Source: Vicugna vicugna (lineage: Eukaryota). Taken from it: a stretch of 64,000 nucleotides of DNA. Where the stretch lies: contig MU058213.1 in NCBI GenBank assembly GCA_013265495.1, positions 2,604,001 to 2,668,000 on the forward strand, in the 5' to 3' direction. The position numbers were made by a program, and so were the translations under genes. The notes below the pieces were generated by a model. The model made no database searches, was not told the DNA's origin, and saw nothing but the letters and a program-made list of their open reading frames with translations. Positions 39,241-51,518 of this stretch are shown in pieces; positions within the stretch are counted from its first letter, which is position 1; each line of letters opens with the position of its first letter.

Positions 39241-39995
39241 TTAGAATAGTGGCATCTCTGGGGAGACTATCAATTTGGGGGTTCAGAATTTAAAAATTTT
39301 TCTCTTAGACAAATTTTTATTTCCTTTATTATTATCTTCAACTTTCATCCATCAGTCCCCTACAAGAGCTTTAAATGATGGGTTGAGAGAGTTCATAGTG
39401 AACAATGAGGAAAATGCATTGTTCATATAAAAATCAGTTCCAAAATACTGACAAGTAATTTTAAAATACTAAAAATCTACAGAGCCATATTCAGTGAATT
39501 CTTGAGGAAGTCTCCTAGTAGTAGTGACTAAGCAGTAAGGGGATCCTAGAAAGAGAATAAAACGGGAGCATTGTACTTAAAGTAGACTTTATCAGTAGAA
39601 ATTTAAAGAGGCTAAAATTGACCTCCTAAATCCCTTTCATGGTTGGCCTTCCTTGATGTGACAGAACAGAAGGCAGGAATTACGGTGGAAAAGCTTTGAG
39701 ACACATTTTGCAGGTTTCTCTCTCTTTTTTTCCTAACATTAACTTGGCATGTGAAAAACAGAGCCACCTATGAATCAAAGCACTGCTTTTTGAGTAAACA
39801 TTTTGCATTTGTTCTTCTGGCAAAATGGATTTTTGTTAAATATCTGACAAAATCATCCTCTAAACTGTGTTCATATGAAAAAGATATCTCAAGTGGGAAA
39901 TGTTGGCATATGGCAATTATACAGACTGTGTTTGAAAGTAGTTGTTAAATAAATAAACTGGTTATTTTATTCGCAATTGTTAACCTGTGTTCTAG

Positions 39996-40076
39996 GAGCA
40001 CATGATTCGAGAGGATGCCAAGGGTCTGACGCCGAGACAGTGTGCTATAATGGAGGTGGTCCTGGCTACCATCAAG
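39996..40076 (+). CDS. UNC13C: UNC13C exon [28 protein letters not shown]
   Basis: Acceptor tgtgttctag|gag, donor aag|gtaagg; 81 nt, phase 0-0. Contains the Munc13 motif LTPxQCA. Confidence 0.95.
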
Positions 40077-42334
40077 GTAAGGTTCTAGTGGCCCTGGCTG
40101 TGTACCCAGAGTTGCCTGTGCACCCTCAGAGAGAAGTGCCCCAGGGCCCTCTCTGTAGGGCTGCACCGTCCACAGACACAGGACACAGTTGTATATACAC
40201 GATCCGGGAGCGTGTCAGATTTAGCCCATACTCTGTCTTGTTACATCCACATTACTCTGCCCTTCCAGCTGCTCCCTTTGTTGACCTCTAGCAAATGTGT
40301 ATGAAACCTATGTAGTAATACGTGTTTTCAAAGAAAGACATGTGCCCCCAAATCCCAGTTAAATGGATGCTTCAGGGGAATCTAGGGTTAATACAATTTC
40401 TTTTTTTGTTTTCTATGCTTGTTGAAATGGTTTCAGAAAGATCAATTTTCTCTTCTGTCTTAGTAAGGACACTAATTTGGTTTTCTGCCAAAAACACAAA
40501 GGCATCGTGTTGTGTGCATCAGGTTTTCATAGCCAGAGGTTGAGCAGAAGTTATTATGGTGTGGGCTACATCTCGGCAGATCTCAAAAGGTAACCTAGGA
40601 AGTTCTTTATTTTCATATAATTCCTTATAGACTTATATCCATACATTTCACATTTATATTTGCATTTACTGAAGAGTAAAAAATGAAGGTATTTTCTAAA
40701 TTTGAACCATGTCCAGTGTCTCAACACTTCACTGGGGGAAGCATCTATCATCAAGGATGCATCAGCAGTGTAGCAGAGAACTGGGAGCCACCACAAGCCA
40801 TTTTCACAGCACAGAATAATTTCACTGGATAGAAACAGACATTAAAATGCTGTTCATTAAAACAAGTTCCATTGAATAACAATTGGACACCTCCACAGAA
40901 CTGTTACCTTATGATTTTAGTTTTGCAGTTTCAGCATTCAATAAAAGACCATCTTCTGCTGCTTCAGTGTCAAAAACTGTAAAACGAATGCTGTGAGGTA
41001 AAAATTTTGTGACACCTGGTAGAAAGTGGAGAGTGTGAATTTGGGCAGTGAGATGACCATGGTGGAATTTCTCAAGATGCAGCAAGTGTATTGGCTAGAA
41101 GTATGACATTTTTGCAGAATCATTTTGAGATCAAAAAAATGGAAACAATAAAAATTGGGAAAAATACAAAACCTGTTCTTTTAAAAAATACTTTCAAAAA
41201 TATGAATAAAAAAGGGTTCACTTTTGGAGTTGTAGAAGCACGAATGGCTACAAATAGGGAATGTTAGTAGAAAACTAAACTCTGGGGCACATCGTGAAGA
41301 GTCAATAAAGTAAGACTTTTAGAATTGGAATTCAGTTCTTCTTAGATTTTACTAGGTCAATACATGACTCTAAGAGAGGAAGAAAAATGTGTTCTGTGAA
41401 AATAGCGTCCGTCAAGGTACTGACAGACCTGGCTCCTGTCCCCAGCCCCAGCACTTCCCTAATTGTTCTTGGTGAGGACAGCGGGCCACCACCTGCAAGC
41501 CTACTTCTGCCCAGACGCCGGGGCAGTCCTGATCCCCCAGCAAACCCCCCTGATCTACATCCTGACAGCTCAACTGCCCCATCTTTCTGTCCAGGCCCTC
41601 TGTGATGGTATTTCAGTTCCACCTCAGTCACCAGACACTCGTCTGGTTCTTTAGGAAAAACTTCTGCCTGGTGTCCAAGATCCAGTAAATGGATCCATGT
41701 TACCATCTTCTTCTCAAGGACTGGAGACTGACCTTGAACCTCCTGACACTCAGAGCCCCAGGTCAGGTCTTCAGCCTCCCTATTCCCCAACTTATGTGAT
41801 ACCAACTTTTTTTCTGGGGTCTCTCTGCTACAACAGCTGTTTCTGCTCTGAGACCCTTTTAACCCCATCATCTGCCCATCTGTCATGGGACACCTGATAC
41901 TCCTTTCAGTGTCCCTGTCATCAGTTTGCCAAAGCTGAGACTCCCTTTTATCTTGTCTGATTTCTGAGACTTGCCTTGACTATCCCACAAGGTGCTAATT
42001 CTGATGCTGACGGCAAAGCAATTCAGGAGAAAGAGTAATACTACATAAGAGAATTGTACCCCCAAGAGCTAGCAATTCAAGGTCTGCTTGGAGCTCAGCA
42101 AAGAGAATCCTGTAACTGTAGTCATTTAAATACTTCATTGGAAAGGTATTCATATCCAGAAGCAGATGCTACCCAGGCTGATTCCCAAAGGCTGCCAAAG
42201 ACATGATCCTTAATTCCTTGTTAGCTCAATTTAAGCAAATAAGCTGGAATTGAGAAAGTGAGAACTGAAGGAGGAGAATGCTGTGGTGTTTTCAGACTAC
42301 AGACGGAAATAATGTGCCTTCTTTCAATCATATT

Positions 42335-42545
42335 TTATACACGTCCATCATCTCACTTATAATCCTTATAAACATCCTGTCCTGGGTGTTAGGTAGATCA
42401 AGAGTGATCATTCACATTTTATAGATGGAAAAATGGAGGCTAAGAGTGCGTAAGTTGTTGGTCTAAGACCGCAGAGCTGCCTGTAATTGGCCGAGCTGAG
42501 AAAAAATTCCCAACTCTAAAATCAGCTTCCTTGCTTCTATGTCCC
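42335..42545 (-). mobile_element. MIR SINE
   Basis: cattttatagatggaaaaatggaggct, taagt, aagaccgcagagct is the reverse MIR core. Confidence 0.6.
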
Positions 42546-43012
42546 ATTATTTCACTAAATGTTAACAAGGTGTGGGAAAACGTAGCAAGCCCAAATGAGT
42601 AATATTTCTTCAGAGAGATTAGTTCTTTCTAAATTGCAATACCATATTTCAATTATTTAGATTATTTTCTAATTATTGAAAATAGTATGAACTCCTTCAA
42701 CCTCTACACAAGTCCTGGGGAAAATATTAACTTTCTTAAATACTAAAATTTTTAATTGGGTTGGATTATTTTGTCATACCAGTCACATGCAGTTTCAATC
42801 AGAAGTCAAAAGGACAGAACACGGCACAAGTAATCACAGTTACAGTGATCTGCTGCAGTTAGCAGGGTGGGCTTGGACATTACCTGCCAACGCACAGTCA
42901 AATCAACAGTATTTGAAAATAAAAGTCGAAAGGCAACAGCTTTCACATGAAGCAGAAAGCCAGTGAAAATCAGTATGTGCAAGCTGCTATGGAGGCTGAT
43001 GGAGAAACACAG

Positions 43013-43086
43013 GACCTCCATCTAAAATAAAATTTAAAAAAAGTAAATTAAAAAACCTAATTACCCCCTCAAGGGGGAAAAAAAAA
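43013..43086 (+). mobile_element. 3' half of a Vic-1-like SINE (5'-truncated)
   Basis: acctccatctaaaataaaa...aacctaattaccccctc...poly-A matches the tail of the SINE at 62573-62776. Confidence 0.6.
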
Positions 43087-45559
43087 CTTTAAAGGTGTCC
43101 TAGTTGAACTTTCGAGTCTCAGACCCGTATCTCAGGAAGACTCCAGACTGCTATCAGATTCCCTGGAATGGGGGTTTCTTTCAAAGAGAAACAGAAGACC
43201 TTATCTAATAGCACGTACTCTTGACTGGAGCATGAATCCTAAGACCTCAGGAACTTTCTAAATCTTGATTGACCAAACTTCAAGTTATTTTCTTATTAAG
43301 TTTGAAAAACTCAGGGGGAAAAAATGCTGCCGGTGTTATTTTCCCCAGCCTAACAAATGCCCCAGAATGCGTGTTCCGTGACCTATATGTAGCACTCTGA
43401 AGTGTACGTGGCAAATTTTTGTTATCATGCAGGGAAACAGAGGTTTCTTGAAAAATAAGAAACTCATGGAGATCAGGGCCCTCTAGAAATCTGCACTTCT
43501 TGGAATAAAGGGGAGAATTTGGACTAAGAGTATCTATTCAAGTACAGCTTTGAAAACTCCTAGATAACACCATTTCTGATGCTCAGGATTCCAGACAAAT
43601 AACAGGACGTGTGACGTTATGCCTCTGAGGCTCTTACCCTGACTGAGGTCCTACCCCTTCCTGGTGTCTGTTATTCAAGGGGCAACTTTGTTAACAAAGT
43701 GCTTCTTAGCATGTTTTCTTTCTATAGTTTTCACAGTATGTAGAAGTCAGCTGCTCATGGGAAGAACAAAGTAACATACCTAGTTTGGAGTATTCCACTT
43801 CAAAAAGCATTATTTGAGAGCTTACTGGATGCAGAAAATCCAACGAGCAGTAAGGAGGTGGCTGGAGAGAAGAGGTCCTGCCCTTGGCTTATGAACAGAA
43901 ACATCTACAATTTGTGAAATAAAAGAGCTGGAGACAAAGTGTGCTGGGGAGTGCAGACAGGGGGAGAAATTCTCCAGGAACGTCTTGGGGAAAACTTCCT
44001 GCAGAAGGATGTTCGGGGATTTAAAGAATGAATTGGGAAAAGCCAGAGGGAAAATCATCACAGACTTTAGAGAAAAGAAATGTGAAAACGTATAGGTCAG
44101 CCCGAAAACACCAACCAGTCTAGTGTAGAGGGATATCATAACTGGTGAGAATTAAAGGGAATAAAAGAGGAACATGGAATTGGAGCCAAAATGCTGAGGC
44201 TTAAACACCAGGAATCTGAACTTTAGTTTATCGGCAAAAGGGAGGGAGTAGCATGTTCTGATCTGATGCCTAAAAGAAGACTCCATTTGACTTAGAAAAT
44301 GATTTCTAAAATAACTGTCACATAATTTTCAAAAAATAACCCTCAGTTGTTAAAGGCAGGTTATGATTATATCTAAGTTGGCAAAATGAATTGTCTGCAT
44401 GAATTTTCCAAAAATATGATACAGGTTTTGGAAGGAAAAAGAGTGATGATGGGAAATCGCTACGAAAATAGTATCGGTAACCAAAAAAGTCAACTCTTCC
44501 TGTGAACTTGTAAAGAAACATTAGCATGTTTCCATTAGTCAGTAAAAATAGATTGTAAAACATCTTCAGATATATGACAAACATGAGACAATTAGAGAGT
44601 TTTTATTGAGAATAGAAAAGCAATGGCTTGCTAAGCACACAGACAGTATTTATCCTGATTTTTTATTTAGTGGTCCTGTTTTTTTCTTACAAATCACAGT
44701 AAGGTCTGAAATGCTTTATTTTTTATTTTTTGCACTTCATGAAGAATACAAGAAAGAAAGAAAAAAGTCTATTTTTTTCAAGATTAAAGAAAATACCCTA
44801 TACATAGCTCTTTCCAACCCTCATTCAGAGGTAACAGTCATGCCTCTCACCACTTACCCTTATATTAGTGAAGCGGTGAATTACTGCAGAGGGTTGGAAG
44901 CTTTTACAAACGTCAGAAGATGGATATAAAAATAAATGTAAATAAAATATTGAAACTACATGGGGAATACCACTGGCAGTTAGAGTATCAGAATAGTAGG
45001 TGATTAAGAGAGACTGGAGTATACAGATTCCTGTCCTCTCCTATGGGAATAATCCTAGGACTTCAGGGATTATTTTCAAAAAATTAAATGAGTCATCACA
45101 TATAAAACAATTAAAACAGTTCCCATCCTATAGAAAGCTCTTCAGAAGCATAACATTCATGCTGCCTGAGGACTGGTTTATTTTGAAGGAGCCTCTTTCT
45201 GCTGTTAAACTCCAGATCCCACATATTCTATGACAGCTACTTTTTTCTGTTCCTCCTTCCCTAAGAAATCACTCATTCTCCCTCAGTGAAGCTAAGGATT
45301 CAGTCTGACTCGTTGCCCTCAGCAACAGTCCACCTTGTTAAGGCTTTGCCCTCTGTCCCTGAGGTTTCCTGTGCACAGTGTCTTCACACCACACAGGCAC
45401 AAATTCCTTAAGGTTTTCGGTGCTTTCTGAGCCTGGGAAGCAGTACTGTTCCTTTTCTCAAGGAGTTTCTAATCTAGATTAAAAGATGGGGAAAGCACAT
45501 TAAAAATTAATAATCTGTGTTAACTTCTAAGAAAACAGAGTCAGATACAGAATAGGGTG

Positions 45560-46370
45560 ATACAAATGCTACCTGGCGGTGGAGGGTGAGGGCTGGGCAC
45601 AGGTTACAGTGGTAAGGACTTAGAGGAGTGAACAGCTCCTCTGAACTCAAGAAATCTGGGAACGCCAAAAGAGTGGCCTTGAAAAACAGATGGGAATTCA
45701 CAGGCTGGACAGGAATGACAATCATTTTCTTTGGAATAAGATTCATTACTTGAACGTAATCAAGGAGAAAGGATTTGACCATGGAAAGGCACAAAACCCT
45801 GAAGGCTGGGAGTCAGTGACTCCTCCACTCTATGGACCAGACTGGATTTAACTGGAAATTTGTGTAGTAAAGTGGTGTAAAATTGAGGTTACAGGAAATG
45901 TTTGGGTTCAAAGTTGATGATTTTGAAAATATATAGCATACTAAAAGTGCCATGGCATTCTTACAGGAATGTGCAAAATGGATTGAATAGTTCAAGGCTG
46001 TAGACACAGATCAGTTACAGTTACTTCACACATCAGATGATGAGGGCTACCCAAGGGAGTGGTCTTAGGAGTGGGGAGGGAAAGATGGATCTGGGTGATG
46101 AAAGAAAGGGAGTCACTGAAACTTGACAGCTCAACTTGGGGCAAGAGTGACGGAGGATCCTGGGGCGAATCAGTGTTTCAGCCAAGTGGCTGGAAAGCAT
46201 GGTTCCACTGAGAAAAACGGTAAATCGGGCAGGAAGGCCATTTTCTTACTGCCACGTTGGAGTTAGATATAGTGGCAGGAACATGGAAATACGTATCCAG
46301 TCAACCGCTGGAGATGGGCTAGTGCTCAGGAAACAAAGCCGGCATGGAGTTTGGGGAGTTAGAGTTATTC
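45560..46370 (-). mobile_element. Degraded LINE-2 fragment
   Basis: Purine-rich L2-like text (gatggatctg, ggttccactgag, ggagtttggggagt); boundaries approximate. Confidence 0.45.
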
Positions 46371-46919
46371 CCACCATAATGTATACCTGCTTACAAGTAG
46401 AAAGAACTCTTCAGTGCACAGAGCTCTTCCAGGCAGAGTAATTAATTTCATCTTTACAGCACCAGTCAGGCAAGTAGAGAACTCTGCTCCATTTCTACAA
46501 ATGAAAGAACCACTAACTCTGTAAAGTTAAATAATCTATGCAAAAACCACAGTGCTTAGAGGAAAGATGAAGAATTATATGTCCAGCACATTTTCAAGTA
46601 AAGAGCAGGTCACAGTGGTAAAGGGGATTCTAAAATCTAAAAACTGAAGAAACAGATCCCAACATGTCCCCTTTCCCTGCACACATAGACGATGCAGCCT
46701 ACAGTGCTGCTGGCCCATGGACAACTGGCCACCACTTAGTAATGGCCAGTAATGGGACCTCACTAACTCCTAAGTGCCAGCTTCCATGTTTAAGACGCAC
46801 TTACTATTAGAAAGATTGTATTTATATCAAGTCAACATCTGCTTCCCTGGTACTTCTACTTACTCACTGATTCTTCCATCCATTGAAACTACTAGAAAAC
46901 AATTCTATTTCCTTTTCTG

Positions 46920-47300
46920 TGTGATAGCCTTTCAGACATTCCAGAAAAGTATCATGCTGCCCCAAGTTATCTGCAGCTGTTTATTGAATAACATGCCTTC
47001 TAGACCTTACAGAATTCTGTCATCTACCTCTGGATGCCTTCCATCTTTTCCACATTTCTTACAAATGATGAAGCCTAGAAATAATTTGGGAATCCCAGAT
47101 ATATTCTAATCAGCAGAGAATGTTGCTACTCTGTCACCCCCTTTGTCTTGAGCTGTCTGTGCCTATTAATATATGATCAGATTTCATTTGATAACTGCCC
47201 CTTACTTAATAAATCATATTAAACTTGAGAACAAATAAAGCTGAATGGCTTTTAAAATCTTACCAACGTTAAGCCAAGTCACCCCCATTATGTACTTCGC
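46920..47300 (-). mobile_element. CR1/L3 LINE fragment
   Basis: ctattaat, tcatattaaacttg, taagccaagtcacccccattatgtact resemble the L3 reverse strand. Confidence 0.45.
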
Positions 47301-48261
47301 AGTAAACATGTTATCATGAATACAGGCCTTTTCCATGGAGAAGTATCAGGCCCGAGCAGGGCCTGGGTAGACAGACTCACCCAGCTGACTTTCTTATCCT
47401 TCACAGCACTAAACCACCAACTTCTCCACGCTTCCCTCATTGAAAATTCCTTTCTGAATGTGGAGGAAATGACCTGTCCTTGTTATTCTGCCAGTTATTT
47501 TCTGCTAATTCATACTAGTCTAAGTAAAACATCGAAACAGATCAAACTAGAGGTGTTTGGATTATGCTACAGATTATAGAAGAACAGTAAGAAACTGAGT
47601 CCAGTTTTTCTGTTTAGAACCAATGGCAAAAAAAAACACCCCTTTTTACATGCATACATCTGGAAACAGCCAGAGGGCTTTAACACTTCAGAATTCATCA
47701 ATTACCCTCTAGCACATAAGCTCCCCCACAAAATGCTTACTATAATGAATGGAGACCAGCTAAGCTGCACTGAGCTGTGGCCAGTGGGTTTTGTTTAGCA
47801 AAGACATTCTCTCCCACACATCAGCCCCACATTTATATCCTTCAAACCCAAGCCTCAGCAAAATACAAATTCTCCTCTCCTCTTCCTCCAGGGACTCTTG
47901 CAAAGAGCCAAAACTGAATGTAAGATCTCTTAACGCCAAGGTGCATGGTGTATGCCATAACTGTGCCAGTGAGATAAACAGACCTGCGCTCTTTAGAGCA
48001 GTCGCCCAGGTTCTGAACACTGTGTGAAAGGCCTCCACAAAGTAGCATTTTCATCAAGCTGGCATGTGCATAACCATAGAAATCATTTCCTTTGCTCTTT
48101 CAGCGAGGAGTCCATGGCATGTGTTATTTATCTGTGTTCGCTGAATGGAGGTTTTTATTCTTTGCATTTTGCAACTTGTTTTTTCCCCTAATATTGCTAC
48201 CTTCTGTCCTGGGCTTGTCTTGCAAAATTTCCTACCATACAATTCACTCAAAAGACAAAGG

Positions 48262-48484
48262 GGTGGGAGGGTAGGGATAAATTAGGAGTTTGGGATTATC
48301 AAGTACAAACTACGATGTACAAAAGATATAAACAACAAGGACCAACTGGATAGCACAGGGAACCATATCCAATATCTTGTAATAACCTATAACGAAAGAG
48401 AATATCTATAACTGAATCACTGTGCTGTACACCAGAAACTAACACAACATTGTAAATCAGCTATACTTCAGTTTAAAAAGAGAG
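48262..48484 (+). mobile_element. Short L1 3'UTR insertion (artiodactyl type)
   Basis: gggataaattaggagtttgggatt, tagcacagggaac, ctgtacaccagaaactaacacaacattgtaaatc. Flanking repeat agacaaagg at 48253-48261 and 48485-48493. Confidence 0.82.
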
Positions 48485-49424
48485 AGACAAAGGCCTCATT
48501 TCCGCCCTTCCAGATATTCTACTGTTCGCTCACTATCCTGCGACAGCCTGAGCAGAATGACTTGCAATGCTCCAGGGCTCAGAAAGAGAAGTCAGGTCAG
48601 CATCGTAACCTGAAATTCCATAGGGAGACCCTTGAATTGGGGGCTCTACGCAGGAACAAACTCATGGCTTATTTATGTTTTCACCTCATGGTGGGTCCTC
48701 CACGTATCAGAAGCCTACAGAATAACGCCTTCTTAGTAAAAACATCTATTCCAATGAAATTATCAGAGGGTTTCGAGAACAAATACTGTACACAGTTTAT
48801 GCCTTCGTAGCCCAACTCTAGTTCTGTTCTTTCATGAGGTCTTCTGGGCCCCCTAAAGTATCTCACTTACATGAAGTCTAGTTGCATTCTCCCATCCTGG
48901 AGTTTCCTACATCATAGTCCATGGAACATAGAACACGGAACATGGAACTTTCATAGTCCCCATGAAAGTTAACAGGTACCCTGTCTCAGAGGAGCCTTAC
49001 AGCCAAATCATTTTAGTAACCAGGTATGTGAATAAAGGTTAAACAGATTTCTTTATCACAGTGGGTCTCCGAGCCCTTAATATATTAATGCGCATTGTGA
49101 ATCGTTACTAAGAGTACCTTGTCATCTCTAAACTTCTCTAGGCCCTCTGCTGCCGAGAGGCAATGTGTAGCTTCCATGCAGCATGAGTCTGGTGATGAGA
49201 CTAGAGTGACAAGAGCAAAACAGTGTATTTTAAACTGTACTGAAGAAACATGAGAACTACAGCTGCAGGTATCCCCCACTATTGGAATGGAGAGCGTCCC
49301 TATGAAACCTGCCACTAGCTGAAACAGTGTAAGGAAAAGCAGCAGTTACTTTAGGGCTTGTCTTGCTAAAGGATACACAAAATAAACTGAGCGAAACCAC
49401 AGATGCTCACAGACACAGTCCCAA

Positions 49425-49560
49425 ACCACGGCAGCGTGATGCTGGGACGCGAGCGTAGTTCACGGGGGAGGAGCTTGGCGGGGCGCCTCTCTCTGCCGGG
49501 GCGCAGGCTGCCTTTATAAAGCCTCACTGCAAAATCAAGGCTGAACGTGCTATTTTTGCT
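49425..49560. promoter_or_regulatory. Candidate intronic promoter/enhancer (CpG micro-cluster, GC box, TATA)
   Basis: About 10 CpG in roughly 80 bp, ggcggggcg at about 49477-49485 and tataaa at 49515-49520, in otherwise CpG-poor intron. Function is inferred. Confidence 0.35.
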
Positions 49561-51370
49561 TTTCACCTTTATTCACAAAAGCGCCAGTCTCCTTCGGGTT
49601 TTTACACTTAGCAAAAACAGGTACTAACGTAGGGCTTTTGTAAAAGTGAAGTAGCATATAGTAAACTTTGAAGAAGTGAGGGACACCTGTTCCTCAGTTC
49701 TTCCTAAGCAGTGCTGGGACTCCCCTGCAGAGTTTCTCACGGTTACCTAGTGAGATTTTCCTCTTTCTTTGGTCCACTGTAGTGAATTATCTAGTGGCCG
49801 CTGAAGTGAAAAACGACAGTGCTAACTGATGAACGCCAAAGATGTCACCTCTTTGGTGACCTGTGGAAGCCTTTACTGACTTCTTCCCCAATAGACGGTT
49901 TGCTACCTCCATTATCTGTCTGTTTTAAATCATTTTTCTTACACCTCCAACATGTTGGAGTCACTCACTGACAGATTAGTTACATTTCCTACTTGATTGT
50001 AATCTCTTTAAGAACAATCTCTGGGCTTTTGCTTCATCCTGGGTATAAGGTCTGGTTCACAACACAGATCTGGTAAGTATTTGTTAAGGAACAGAGGGAG
50101 AGAGAACATAGAGGAAGGCTGACCCCACCACTGATGCTGTTAGGGTGAGTCACGGGCTAATGGTCTCCTTCTCACACATTAGATAGTAAAAATTATGGTC
50201 ATCCTTAAGAATGCTGCTCTGTGTACATGGTTAAAGATCACTTGTTTCAGAGAGTATAACTGAGACGTTCATGCAGTTATAGACCTTCTAAAAAATGTTT
50301 AACTCATCAAGTAATGAGGGAACCAGTAAGATCCTACAGACAGCTGGCTCAAAGGAGAATTCCAAGAACCACACATACAGACAAGCAATGTACAAAGCTG
50401 GAACAAATTTACAAATAAAGGCAAAACAGATCTGTCAGCAGAACAGCAGTCAGCTGCAGCCCACCAGGAGTTATCACTTTGTATTTCTATGGACAAGAGT
50501 CATTTACATTATTATACATTTTCTGCAATTTGCAGAGTTTTAAATAGCTCAGAGACAGTGAAAAGCAAAGGTAACCCAGATGGGTACACTAGACAGGACA
50601 CCCAGGGATCTTTTTTACCCATTTCAAAGTTTGTCACAGTGTTTCCTGACCACTCCCAGTAGTCCCAAGAGACCACAAAACGTCACTGGAGCCTCTGCTG
50701 CTTTTTCTCCCTGTATTTTACTGTTTTAACCTCCACCTCCCAGCACTAATGCTCAGGTTTGATGAGACTGGAGCTTGTCTGGGAAACACTGAGACGGAGA
50801 ACACCTTTCCCTCCAGAGATTCCACCTAGTCCTGGGCCACTTTATCCCACCGCTCTTTACAGTTAGGATGTGTTACTGCATCTGATGCTTCCCTGGTTCG
50901 TTACATAAACAACCCTCCAGAGCACACCCCACCACTCACCTACGAGAAACAGTCAAGTCCAAGGGAAACCTTCCCCTCTCAGTACGTCCATAGCATATTT
51001 GTCCACTTTAAATATCATAGCACATTTCCTGAAGAAAGGAACTATCATACTGTTTTTCATCCACCAAGGGACCCAGAACAAAAGCATTCTGACTGCTGCA
51101 TCTTCATGATTTCATTTGCTTAAGTTAAGTTTTGAAGGAGAGGAAAAGTCTTAAGCCTCAAAGATCTGGGGTCTGTAAAGCGACATTTCAGAAATACTGA
51201 GGGACCTGCACTGGTGATGACTTGGCAATGGGCATGTGGTAATATTTCTTGTATCTACCTTATGTTGCTCATAATGTATTATTCTATCTGAGTTTCACTA
51301 CTGCGGCAATAAAATTCCTCCACCAATACTTCTAAGTGCCACTGCTTACTTTTTTTTTTTTTCTGTTTAG

Positions 51371-51518
51371 CAATACTTTCATGCAGGAGGAAATGGCCTG
51401 AAAAAGAATTACTTGGAGAAAAGCCCAGATCTTCAGTCTCTAAGATACGCTCTCAGCCTTTATACCCAGACTACTGATGCCCTGATAAAGAAATTCATAG
51501 ACACTCAAACCTCACAGA
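51371..51518 (+). CDS. UNC13C: UNC13C exon [50 protein letters not shown](S)
   Basis: Poly-T tract and tgtttag|caa acceptor, donor aga|gtaagt; 148 nt, phase 0-1. Contains the MHD2-end motifs YFHAGG and [11 protein letters not shown]. Confidence 0.96.

Noticed and set aside
41332..41897. 184-aa minus-strand ORF and overlapping + ORFs
   Set aside because: No protein family recognised. The + strand text (cctggctc...attgttcttggtga, SLIVLGE) looks more like a decayed L2 endonuclease region.
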